Positions 40,634 to 51,700 of a DNA stretch of 64,000 nt are shown here, piece after piece. The stretch's first letter is position 1; each line of letters begins with the position of its first letter. The stretch is from Azolla caroliniana (taxonomy: Eukaryota > Plantae > Polypodiophyta), in assembly GCA_043228905.1 (NCBI GenBank), contig JBHGNT010000009.1, forward strand, positions 7,688,001-7,752,000, read 5' to 3'. The translations under genes and the position numbers were made by a program. The notes under the pieces were generated by a model. The model made no database searches. It worked only from the letters and a program-made list of their open reading frames with translations, and had not been told where the DNA came from.

Positions 40634-42487
40634 ATGTGGTTAGGACGTCATACATCTAATTTTCCCTTCTCCCCATATGTGAAAAAGACCCATAGTAGGA
40701 AACCCCGTAATAAATGTTGGACACCTCTCCTTAATAAACCTAGAATTAGTAGGATCCACAACCACTCTAATTATTCTCTCTCTAAACATGAGACACAACT
40801 CCTTAGCCTAGGTTTGAAACACATCCTCCCATCTTCTCCACCATCATCCCCTACCCTACTTAAAGAATTTGATAGCCTAAGTAGGACCCTTCGACTTAAA
40901 CATTTTTTTAAAGATGTGGATAATTTGCCCCAAAATCCCTTTAAGCTACCTAACCCTAGTTGGCAACCTCCTACTAAGTACACTCCCCTAGAAAACATTA
41001 TATCTAAACACCAAACTATCTTTAGGGACACACTTCATACACTCAAATTAAAACCCACTAGGATTGCACCTCACTTATTACAATCTCTTAAGAAAAACAA
41101 CAAAATCATAATCCTACCTGCTGACAAGAATGTTGGATTGTGTGTTCTTGATAAGGACACGTACTATAACAAAGCTATAGAACACCTTTCTAATACTAAT
41201 ACATATAAAAAAGTCTCCCACTATCCACTTGAGGAATTATCCTATAGATTGAAAAGCATTGTTAATAACCATCTTGGTACCCTATCCAACATAGAAGCCA
41301 ATTACATACTACATAAACCCTCAAAAGGGTACAAAGTATGCAATATCTATTTCCTCCCAAAACTCCATAAAAACCCAATAGGTTTTAGACCTATTTGCTC
41401 ATACAATAACTCCCTTTTTGAACAAACATCAAAATGGCTTCACCACCAACTCATGCCTATCCTTCTCCTTCAAAAGCAATATTTGAAAGACTCACATTCC
41501 CTTGTCCAGACTTTAGAACATCTCAACCCACCCCCTAATAGCTTTATCTTCACCTTTGATGTTGAATCTTTATATCCCAGCATACCCCCTAGGTTAGGAC
41601 TCCAAGCTTTACGAAAAATGATTACCCCACATTTTTCATCTTCTAAAACTAACATTATCTATACACTTAGCGCACTCACGTTAGAATATCACTTTCTATC
41701 CTTTGATGACATGATCTATCAACAAGTCAAGGGTACAGCCATGGGTAGTAATTTTTCTGTAGTTTATGCATGCCTATTCTTAGCTCACTTAGAGAACTCC
41801 CAACCATCACACCCTAATCTTTTTTATTTCACTAGATATATAGATGATGCATTCGGGATATGGACAGGTACTAAACCCGAATTAGAAAATTACCTCTAGT
41901 TCTATAACACCTCCACTAATAATTGCATCAAAATTACCATCACCACTTCTCCCTTTAGATTACCGTTCTTAGATTTATGGATTAACCTAAAGAATTCACA
42001 TTTCTCCTTTAATTGCTACCAAAAGCCCCAAAATGCCTACCAATATCTCTCATTCTCGTCAGTTCACCCCCTTCACTTAAAACGTCATTTTATTATTAAT
42101 GAACTAAAACGATACCTAATTAGAGAAAGTAACCCCTTAGGTTTCCTTCGAATGAAAAAACTATTTTTTAGTAGATTAGTTAAGAGAGGATATCCCCTTT
42201 CTTTTATATTAGAGAATTATAAAAAGGTGCCATTTAACGCTAGGAAATCACTAGTATTTAGTACAAAACCTAAAAGTACCCTTATACCTGTCATCTTCAA
42301 ACTTAGGTATACGAAAGATACGCCTAGATTAGGAATTCACGACATGCTAGAAAACCTCCACGCAGATTTAGCCACACATCCCCAACTATCCGAACTACCG
42401 CGATCCTTCATATGTTGGACTAAGTCTAAGTCCATTCATTCCCTTCTCGTCAAAACTAAATATAAATCCATAAATACTCCCACTTAA
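40634..42487 (+). pseudogene. PLE reverse transcriptase (one in-frame TAG at 41897-41899)
   Basis: LLSLGLKH, PADKNVG, LPKLHK..RPI, FDVESLYPSI, GTAMGS, RYIDD; the same frame continues PFLD..YQKPQNAYQY..HP..ELKRY..RGYP and ends LLVKTKYKSINTPT*. Confidence 0.9.
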
Positions 42488-42637
42488 TACTATATGCCTT
42501 TTATATCCCACCCCCACACCCACCCCCACCTATCACTTATCATATACATACATATAACCCCCCTCTAACCCACTTTCACTAACCAATCCATTACCTATCA
42601 CAATTCCCCGTTTCCCTCTCTCCCATCATTAAACTCC

Positions 42638-42681
<44 letters not shown>

Positions 42682-42687
42682 TCCCCC

Positions 42688-42695
42688 TATATAAA
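42688..42695 (+). promoter_or_regulatory. TATA box in the PLE terminal region
   Basis: TATATAAA after a (CT)n tract, 20 nt upstream of the hammerhead. Confidence 0.5.
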
Positions 42696-42715
42696 CCTAC
42701 CCTCTTGTTGTAAAT

Positions 42716-42767
42716 GACCTTGGCACTGATGAGCTCTACCTAGAGCGAAACTAGTTTGCACAAGGTC
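42716..42767 (+). ncRNA. Minimal type I hammerhead ribozyme
   Basis: Stem I gaccttggca/tgcacaaggtc; CUGAUGA 42726-42732; stem II gctct/agagc; GAAA 42747-42750; palindromic AACTAGTT stem III; GUU triplet 42754-42756. Confidence 0.9.
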
Positions 42768-42992
42768 TTTCTAATGAAAATTTCTTAAGCTTTTCTTTTT
42801 TCTCACTCACTCTTCTCTTCTTCTTTCATCTCATTCTCTCATTCTCTTTTACTCTTGTTCACCTCTAATCCTACTCACCGTAGTTTCACTTGCATCATTG
42901 CTTTATTTCTTTTCTTACTCTTCCCATAACATCTCAATAGTTGTGCTAGTTCGCTCGCACTCCTTGTCACGATCCTACGGTCATAGCAATAA

Positions 42993-43926
42993 TGGAAGTT
43001 CGACTGAAGTTGATATCAGCCGGTCGGCTAGATGATGAAGGCTACACTGGTAGCATCCGAAATGGTGTCATGAAGTTCTGCAAGGGGAGCCTGATCATGG
43101 CTCGAGCCCGGAAAACCAGCACATTGTACATAATGAATGCTCAATTATGCCGAAACGAAGTGAACGTGGCAGCCAATGCAACGGGTGAGTTGTGGCACAA
43201 GAGGATATGCCACATGAGCCAGAAGGGAATGTAGATGCTAGCTGAGAAAGACCTCCTATTGGAGATGAAGAAAGTGCATCTGGACAAATGTGTTGATTGC
43301 ATGGCCGGCAAACAAAATAGAACCGCGTTCCGACTGAGTCCTCCAATTTGGAGGAAAACCGCCCTGGAACTCATACACACCGATGTATGCTATGTAGACA
43401 TGACGTCAAATTCCCGTGGACAGTATTTCGTTGCCGTCATTGATGATTACAGTCATAAGCTGTGGGTTTCCATGCTGAAGACAAAGGATCAGGTGCTTTC
43501 CATCTTCAAAGAGTTCCAAGCGAGGGTTGAGAGGGAAACCAACTGATAACTGAAGACAGTCTGAGCGGACAATGGCGGAGAGTACCACGGACCATTCGAA
43601 GAATATTGCCGAGCACAGGGAATTCAGCTCGAGTATACCGTGTTGAAGACGCCTAAGCTTAACGGGTTGGCCGAGAGAATGAACTAGACCATAATGGAGA
43701 GGGTTCGAAGTATGGTTGCACATAAACTGATCACCCTTAGTACCCTTGGACAATGATATTCCACAAAGGGTGTGGAGTGGCAAAGACGTTTCATACCGAC
43801 ACCTAAGGGTGTTCGGATGGCTTGCCTATGTGCAAAGGACCAAAGAGGGAAGTTCGACCCGAAATCTCGACCATGTATATTTCAAGGCTACAGCGATGAT
43901 GAATTCGGCTATCGGCTATGGGACTT
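42993..43926 (+). repeat. Near-identical duplicate of copia internal segment 36293-37226
   Basis: Constant 6700-bp offset, shared stop codons, about 4 differences by eye. Confidence 0.95.
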
Positions 43927-44010
43927 GTTGTAGAGTTACACCAAGGTAGTTGCTTCTGTAACTGTGAATGAGTGAGAGAGTGAGAGTTAGCTAGTAACTC
44001 TACAACCGTC

Positions 44011-44240
44011 AGCTTGTCGAGCTTCTCTGTTGGAAGGGAGTTACCCATACTTCTGTCCATGTTCCTGTTGTTCGAAGGGAAACTCTTTGTTCTGTGTTGG
44101 TCCGCGTTGTCGATAGCAGAGGATTCTTCTAACCCTCGCGCTCTGATACCATGAAAAAGAATACGTGTGCGGAAGCTTATGCGGAAGACACAGAGTACAG
44201 CCGGTTATTTGGAATGCAACAATTAGGTAAACACAGAGAA

Positions 44241-44271
<31 letters not shown>

Positions 44272-44564
44272 CTGAGTGAGCAGACAGACGAAGATCTATT
44301 ATCGAAAGACTTAGTACTCGATACAACGAATGTGCTCATAGAGCACTTTATATACAAGCCTTGGTGAGTGGGCTGACATAAGTACTGACAAGTACTTGAA
44401 TGCTCATTAACTAAGCCGGACACTAACTCTGCCTATAATATTCGTATTTACTAAAATAGGAATATAGGCCTCTAACGACCAGCCGATTCGGTTTACCAAC
44501 CGATTCAGCCCTAGCCGATCGGTCTCCATCCGGTCCGGCCCAAGTTGAGCTTACTCGCTCAACA
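44011..44564 (-). mobile_element. Copia 5' end (LTR 44152-44564, PBS 44140-44151, gag start)
   Basis: gag MDRSMGNSLPTEKLD; LTR resembles that of the element at 5451; truncated after ~16 codons. Confidence 0.85.
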
Positions 44565-44976
44565 GGGCACAAGTGATGTGAGTGGTTGACTATGCACACT
44601 TTGCCCGAAACAAGTTCAAGAGTTTGAGTATCACACTTTGATACAATGTTATGCCCTTGATCATATTCGGCTATGCATTCCACACATTTTTGACCCAAAC
44701 CCAATCCTTGCACGAATTCCTCTCACAATCATAATGTGCACTCTTTTGATTGCAACATTCATTGGTAAAGCTCCCAATGATGTGTGTACATGCATGTATA
44801 TATGCATACATTAAGACATACTCTACTCATGTATGTACATATGAATGCACGCCTCTTTGCTCCCAATGATGTGTGTACATGCATGCATGCATGTACATTA
44901 CACATACGTCCACTAGCACATAGAGAGACAGACAGAGAGAATCAATGGAGAAGAAGCAGCAGAGGAAATACACAAA

Positions 44977-47190
44977 ATGGTAGGTTATCGGCCTTCTGTG
45001 GAGGCTCTTTTGCTTATATTGCAGCATTTCCAGCAGAGGAGGGATCGTATCTCACCATTAACTTTGTTTTCTTATCTATTGAAATCAAGACTAGATGTTC
45101 ATCCATTGCTAGGAAACAGCATAATCTGCTTCTTATCAACCTGTGGATACCTTCTTGAAGCTCATACGTTATTTGACACTCTAATTCACCACCACAATAC
45201 GTGGTCATTTGATTCTCTGTTCATTGAATGTGAGAAATGTGGTCATCCACATCTTGCTCTCTCATTTTATAAGAAATTGCGAAAAGATGCCTCTTGGCAT
45301 CTCAGTGGACATGCCTTTGTAGCCTTATTGAAAGCATCCAAATCATTACATGATGTGGAAAGTGGTATTGAATTGCATGAAAAAACTTTGAAGATTGGAA
45401 TTCTTAGAAAGAATGTGTTTGTTGGGTGTAATTTAGTTGATTTCTATGTAAAATGTGGTATGCTTACAAAAGCACAAGAAGCATTCAATGAAGTCGAAAT
45501 TCGAAATGTGGTCTTGTGGACCGCTCTTATTGCCGGATATGCTGAACATGGATATGGTAAAGAAGCCCTAGATTGCTTTGAAAAAATGCAGAACGAAGAA
45601 ATTTACCCAAATGTGGTCACTTTCGGTTGTGTGTTGAAAGCTTGTGGCATCTCTGGAGATGTCCAAATAGGCAAAAAGCTTCATTCCGAGATCGCAAGGC
45701 AAGGTCTCTTGGACAAGGACCACCTTATTGGCAACACATTGATCGATATGTATGCAAAATGTGGATTTGTTTTGTTTGCTCGGGAAGTGTTTGATGGGAT
45801 TCGCACCCGAGATATCGTGGCATGGACATCACTTGTTGATGGCTATGCCAATAATGCTTATGATGAAGAGGGTTTGGTTTGCCTCAATCGAATGCAAATT
45901 GAGTGTGTTTCTGTGGATCATTTGATGTCTATATGTGGTTTAAAAGTTTGTCGGAACATAGGAGCTATTAAAAAAGGGAAAGAAATACATACATGGCTAG
46001 AAGGAGCAGAAGGGTCTTTTCACAAAAAGCCGGTTGTTGGCAATACATTGCTAGACATGTATGTGAAGTGTGGCTTGCTTGCGAAATCACGAGAAGTGTT
46101 TGATAAGCTTCCGAATAGAAACATTGTATCATGGTGCACATTGATTGCTGGATATGCTGAAGATGGTAATGGAGAAGAAGCCCTACAGTGTTTCAACCAA
46201 ATGCAAATGTGTGGTTTCATCCCCGATGCAGTCACTTATGTATGCATCTTGAGATCTTGTGCTGGCATAGGAGCGATAGATAAGGCCCAAGAAATCCATG
46301 CTGACATTAAAAAGCAAAGATTAGTAGAAACTAATGTAGTCGTGGGGAACACGTTGGTTGATATGTATGTTAGATGCGGTTTGCTCAATATAGCATTGGA
46401 TGTTTTCGATAAGATTCCCACGAGAAATGTCATCTCTTGGAATGCATTGATTACCGGATATGCTGATAATGAGCATGCGGAAGAAGTGCTCAAATGTTTC
46501 GAGCAAATGCAGCTAGAGGGCATCTCTCCAGATGTCATCACAATTGTGTGCGCTTTGAGAGCTTGTGGAAGTATGGGAGCCATAGACAAGGGTGGAGAGA
46601 TTCATGCAGACATTGAAAGGAAGGGGTTCCTAGAGAGCGATGTGCTTCTTGGGAACACCTTGGTCGATACATATGTAAAATGCGGGCATCTGGAAGTAGC
46701 ACAGAAAGTGTTCGATAAGCTCTCAGTGCGAGATGTGGTTGCTTGGAATTCAATAATCACTGGCTATGCCCAATTCGGTGAAAGTGATGACGTATTTCAC
46801 ACCTTTAATAGAATGCTAGGGGAAGGTACAAAGCCAGATTTTGTCACTTTTCTTATGGTTCTTAATGCATGCACCCGCATGGGTTTGTATGATATGAGTC
46901 AAACATATTTTGAGTCAATGAGCAAAGATTTTGGCATTATTCCAACTATTGAACACCACTCTGGTATCATCGATCTCTTATCGCGGACTGGGTATTTGGA
47001 AAAAGCTTTGGAAATGATCCATCGGATGCCGCCCGCATTTCCGAATCTTGTGGTTTGGCGCATTTTATTGAGCGCTTGTAGGAACTCAGGAAATGTGAAT
47101 ATTGGGAAAGGGATCTTTGAGAATGTAGTTTTTTCTGGTGAAAATGATGCCGCCAGTTATGTCCTGCAGACAAACATATGCAGGTGTTAA
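44977..47190 (+). CDS. PLS-class pentatricopeptide repeat protein (E-type end, no DYW), probable organellar RNA-editing factor
   Basis: Intronless 737-aa ORF with repeated GNTLxDMYxKCG..A.xVFD, VxSWxALIxGYA and PDxVTxxCxLxAC triplets; terminal IIDLLSRTG..VWRILLSACR..ASYVL. Confidence 0.92.
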   Translation: MVGYRPSVEALLLILQHFQQRRDRISPLTLFSYLLKSRLDVHPLLGNSIICFLSTCGYLLEAHTLFDTLIHHHNTWSFDSLFIECEKCGHPHLALSFYKKLRKDASWHLSGHAFVALLKASKSLHDVESGIELHEKTLKIGILRKNVFVGCNLVDFYVKCGMLTKAQEAFNEVEIRNVVLWTALIAGYAEHGYGKEALDCFEKMQNEEIYPNVVTFGCVLKACGISGDVQIGKKLHSEIARQGLLDKDHLIGNTLIDMYAKCGFVLFAREVFDGIRTRDIVAWTSLVDGYANNAYDEEGLVCLNRMQIECVSVDHLMSICGLKVCRNIGAIKKGKEIHTWLEGAEGSFHKKPVVGNTLLDMYVKCGLLAKSREVFDKLPNRNIVSWCTLIAGYAEDGNGEEALQCFNQMQMCGFIPDAVTYVCILRSCAGIGAIDKAQEIHADIKKQRLVETNVVVGNTLVDMYVRCGLLNIALDVFDKIPTRNVISWNALITGYADNEHAEEVLKCFEQMQLEGISPDVITIVCALRACGSMGAIDKGGEIHADIERKGFLESDVLLGNTLVDTYVKCGHLEVAQKVFDKLSVRDVVAWNSIITGYAQFGESDDVFHTFNRMLGEGTKPDFVTFLMVLNACTRMGLYDMSQTYFESMSKDFGIIPTIEHHSGIIDLLSRTGYLEKALEMIHRMPPAFPNLVVWRILLSACRNSGNVNIGKGIFENVVFSGENDAASYVLQTNICRC

Positions 47191-47849
47191 ATTAACACAC
47201 GGGCCTATCAAGGAATGTGAAAGAGAATGAAGAAGAAAAAAGAAAGAAAAGGTGATATTTGGATATCTATTTCCACATCAGCTATTTGGAGAAGGCCTAG
47301 ATATAAAACAGGAGGTTCTTTTGAAGTCAAGAACTCGCCTTGATATCAATGCCTTGTGTCAATAATTATATAATTAAATTGATTGCAATTAATTGCCCGA
47401 AAATAGGCTGAAAAGGAAACCTTGCTTGTGCTATTTAATCAGTATGGTACAAGTAGAAACATTGTGGTATAGAACACATCCATTAATATAACATTTGAAT
47501 AATAGTATGCCTTTAACTTTCAAAAATGTCATGTAAAGAAAAGCACAGAGTATGCTGCTATGTTTCAAGGATTGCAAAACTGTTTTGAGATTACCAAGTG
47601 GATTTACTTGGCCAGGCATCAAATGCAGCATTAGTGTTGAGACATTGCCTAGGATGACTGGTGGAGGCGCAGGCTACAATGAAATTCGATATTTTTCATG
47701 GCTATGAATGGTTGTGGAGTTTTAGCCCCAACCTCCAAGTATATTCAAGATACGTCAATTGGCTCATAAATGATACCCACTAAGCTGCCAACTGGAAAAC
47801 ATATCACACATGTTTGGGCCATGAGATAGATGAAAGATGGTGACTAGAG

Positions 47850-48232
47850 CACGAAATTTGATTATCATCGGAGGTACACACATTCACACCAGGTTATGAC
47901 TCTTAGAGACTTCCTCTGGAAAATTGATAATCATTGAGACAGACTATCACACCAAGTTACGACTTCGGGAGACATCATCTCAAATTTTGATAATCGCTGA
48001 GATACACACAAGTTATGACTCTAGTTTGAAAATTGAGAATTGTTTGACATATATGTGATTACACTAGTTATGACTTTGGGGATCTTGAGCTTGACATTTG
48101 ATCATCATTGTGATGCATATTATGCACCAAGTTATGACTCCAGAAGACTTGAACTCAATATTTGATAACCACTGAGATCACGTTATATCTCCATCAAATT
48201 TGATCATCATTGACCAAGTTATAACTTTGAGT
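47850..48232. repeat. Degenerate ~55-62-bp tandem array
   Basis: About six units with caccaagttatgact and tttgataatcattgag cores. Confidence 0.75.
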
Positions 48233-48474
48233 GACAATGCTACATGTATTACGCAGAGTTTCAAGGTTGGATCCTACCAGCTACTAAATGTAGATGAGGC
48301 GCAATTGCCAATCAACAGTTTTCGATGTGCACCTGATAAATAAACAAATAATCCAAAATCGAAGCCTCGTTGGATTTCCATTATATTAAAAAAAAACATG
48401 GAAGTTTAGAGGGGCAAATTGCTAATGTCAATCAATGTCCATGTTGAAATGGTAGACACTAAACTAGAATTAGG

Positions 48475-48708
48475 AACTAGAAAAATGAAACAAAAGCTAT
48501 TGGTGTCAACAGAAGTACATGACTTCTTGCACATTTCTTTGAACTCCGGGGAGAGCTCGAATGGTGGGTGCACTGGCTCTAGAACTCCCGCCGCCACTGC
48601 CACCACTACTCGATCCAAATTTCATCCCTCAAAATGACAACGAATCTGAACCACTACCTCTCATCGAGGTATCAGAAGCACCCAACGAATCTAAATAAAG
48701 GCGCGCTC
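48475..48708 (-). repeat. Tandem duplicate of the Argonaute 3' coding end (48709-48939)
   Basis: 234-bp copy next to the 231-bp original; the copy has a CGA>TGA change. Confidence 0.92.
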
Positions 48709-48739
48709 AACTAGAAAAATGAAACAAAAGCTATTGGTG

Positions 48740-51700
48740 TCAACAGAAGTACATGACTTCTTGCACATTTCTTTGAACTCGGGGGAGAGCTCGAATGGTG
48801 GGTGCACTGGCTCTAGAACTCCCGCCACCGCCTCCACTAATCGATCCAAATCTCATCCCTCGAAATGACAACGAATCTGAGCCACTACCTCTCATCGAGG
48901 TATCAGAACCACCCAATGAATCTAAATAAAGGCGCGCTCGATATGCTGCAAGGTGAGCATAATAAGCAGGTGGAACCACCGAGACTGACCGTGTACATCT
49001 TGCGTACGTGTAGCATAAGTTGTAAACCAGCCCTTGCAAATCATCGGAATTGAAATCATTCTCATCCCATAGCACATGGTAATGTGTGGGCCTACTGGTA
49101 CCTTGGATCCCGGCATGACTACATAGGAAGAAATCAAACTCTCTTGGATGGGTTATTGTCGAGTCAACCACTGTTCCTGGCAAGATGTTGTTGTTCTTAT
49201 CCTTGTGTTCGGCATCAGCTGGGAAGAGGCGAGTATGATGCCGCTTCTGAACGACTGCCCATGTGATCAAGGGCTTGTAATCTCGTCCTCCAACCTTCTC
49301 GAATGCATCTTTCAAAGCCACCACTTCTCTCTGTAACACTTCGTCAAATTGCCCTTCACTTACACCATCCCGGAACATGATAACTCGCTCAGGACGACTC
49401 TCGGTCTTATCACAAAACTCATGCCAAAGCTCCTCGACCATTTCTTGCAAGTTCTCAATGATTTCTTCCCGGTGAGCTTGAGCTCGCACTCTAGCAATAT
49501 ATTTGTTTGCTGAGGGCCAATCAATGTTCGCCACAACAGCAGCTATTGAAGGTCCAGCATCATCACCTGGAGATGGGTGTGTAACATCAGCACCGAATAT
49601 GATTGTCGGCTTATCAAAAACTGAACACATCCTCGGAAGCTCAACCGCCAACGTCACATTCCGTCCACCCACTTTGGCATTCACTTTCAAGGCCAGATTG
49701 GCTAGATACTGTGATCTCCTTTGTTTCACATGTTTTGAAAGACAACATTGTGTCACAATGCCAATCTGGGTCTCACAAATCCTTTTCAAATCACCATACG
49801 CTGGATGCTTATCAGCCATTACACAAACAAGTAACTGCAACTGCGACCTTTGCCCTCCACTAATATTATGAATTGCTTCTGATGCTTGCTCATGGATAAG
49901 TCTCAAATACTTCTCAAGTTTCGGGCTCTCAAGATCCTCCCATTTGCACAAGAACGGCCGGATTATAGTTTGTTCAGCCATCCGAATACCAAGTTCATTG
50001 CATCTTCGACTCAAATTCAAGACAAAATCATTGGCCATATATCGATCAAAGTCTTGATCGAAACTGATCAAACCCCAGTACGCTACACTCCCACCCTCTA
50101 CAACACACGAGTTCAACAGATTCCATGCCCCCAATTTTGGTGTTATCTCAGTAATTTTCCCTTGATCTCCATATCGGAGCCTCGGGGGTGGAAGAAGCCT
50201 CGCATTCACTAGAGTCATATCAGAAACAACTTCTACCCCGAAATTCAGCACATGCTCTCCCCTGTCATCAAAATATATTATATATATCACATAATGGAGG
50301 AACAGCTAGATTGTTCAAACCACCACACGTAAAGATAAAACCATCAAAAACAATTATCCTTCACCTTTCTAGATATTTACCAGAATACCCTTCTGCAGCA
50401 CAAAACCAAAGGGGTATCCTAGTAAATGTTATTTTAAAACTTGAACATGGGGGGAGTATTTTGGTTTTTTGTTTCCATTAAAAAAATGAAACACGAAATG
50501 CTATATAGAACATATGAAATAGTACTTTCTCTTTAAAATGAGAGTTAGTTTTTGTGTTTTTACCTTCCGGGACCATCATCTTTATTCATAATACTGAGGA
50601 TTTTCGATTCTCGCACCCTCGGCAAGACACATGCAAGATCTCTTAAATTTTTTGTTTGCCGATCATTTAGCTTTCCACCATACTTCTGCCCATCACATAT
50701 CACACACACCTCCATCGGAAGGTAACTTGCCTTATTCGCTTGAACTTGCAAGCAAGGGAGCTCCGGATACTCAATGACACAATTATATGTAGCTTTGAAG
50801 TAATCCACAACCCGCATTTCTTCACCACCTTCCATTGGGAACTTCAAATCCTTCGTAGGACCTGTGGATAGCCCAGAGATTCGATACCGTCTTGGTGTTT
50901 GCCTATGAATAACTTGCACCTTCAATCGAGACAATGCTCTCTTCACCTTCAAACGGACAACATCTGTGAGTCTATAACGTGGATCGAAGTTCTTGAACTG
51001 CTTTTTCAGAAAATCGATCACTGGAATACTAGCATGAAATGCCGTAGTTGATAAGTCTACATTTAGCTGCAATCCATTGTGAGTAGGCCTAAGACTCTGG
51101 TAGAATCCATTTATTGCCACAAGCCCTCCTTCCAAAGGGGCACTACCAAGCTCCTTCTTAAAGAAAGATCGGCTAACTGATGTGAAATGGAGGGCTGGAT
51201 GCTCTCGTAGCAACACATCCAGTGCTTGGAGATGATCCTGAGGGGTTGGCACAGGCTTCCCTTTCAAGAAATCCTCCAAGTTATTCCTATTGAGAGTGGA
51301 TACATGGCGGATGGTCACCGTGAACTTCTTCTCTCGTCCTGAAGTACCTCTATCTTCAGCAAGAGTGACCACAAACTCACGGTGTTGAAAAGGAAGAGGT
51401 CCATGTGTATACATACTCTTGCTTCCATCATAGACTGGGAGCTTACCATTGAGCTCAGATGCATAAATTTCTATGAGTTGACGCTCAAGCATTCGTGCCA
51501 TGCCTTTGGACGAGATCTTAGGGTTGATATCTACATCATATTGGTAGATGTTCTCTCCAGGATGAAAAGTGACCTTAAAATGATTGGCCTGAACTTTTAA
51601 CATTATACCAGCCTTTCCAGGATATGGTCTTCTTGGTGGCACAAGCTTTAATGCCGAAATTGAACCTCCAGTTTCTTCTGTTCTTTTCTCTACAACAGTT

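Larger units (their letters stand above)
39181..42992 (+). mobile_element. Penelope-like retroelement (PLE), apparently endonuclease-less
   Basis: PLE-type RT plus 3' hammerhead ribozyme; boundaries defined by the end of the copia LTR and the start of the copia duplicate. Confidence 0.88.

Noticed and set aside
42966-42977. gtcacgatccta matching the copia LTR end at ~35180
   Set aside because: Only 12 bp with no flanking similarity; cannot be separated from chance.
47850-48232. CRISPR array
   Set aside because: Repeats are degenerate, linkers are related to each other, there are no cas genes and the context is eukaryotic.
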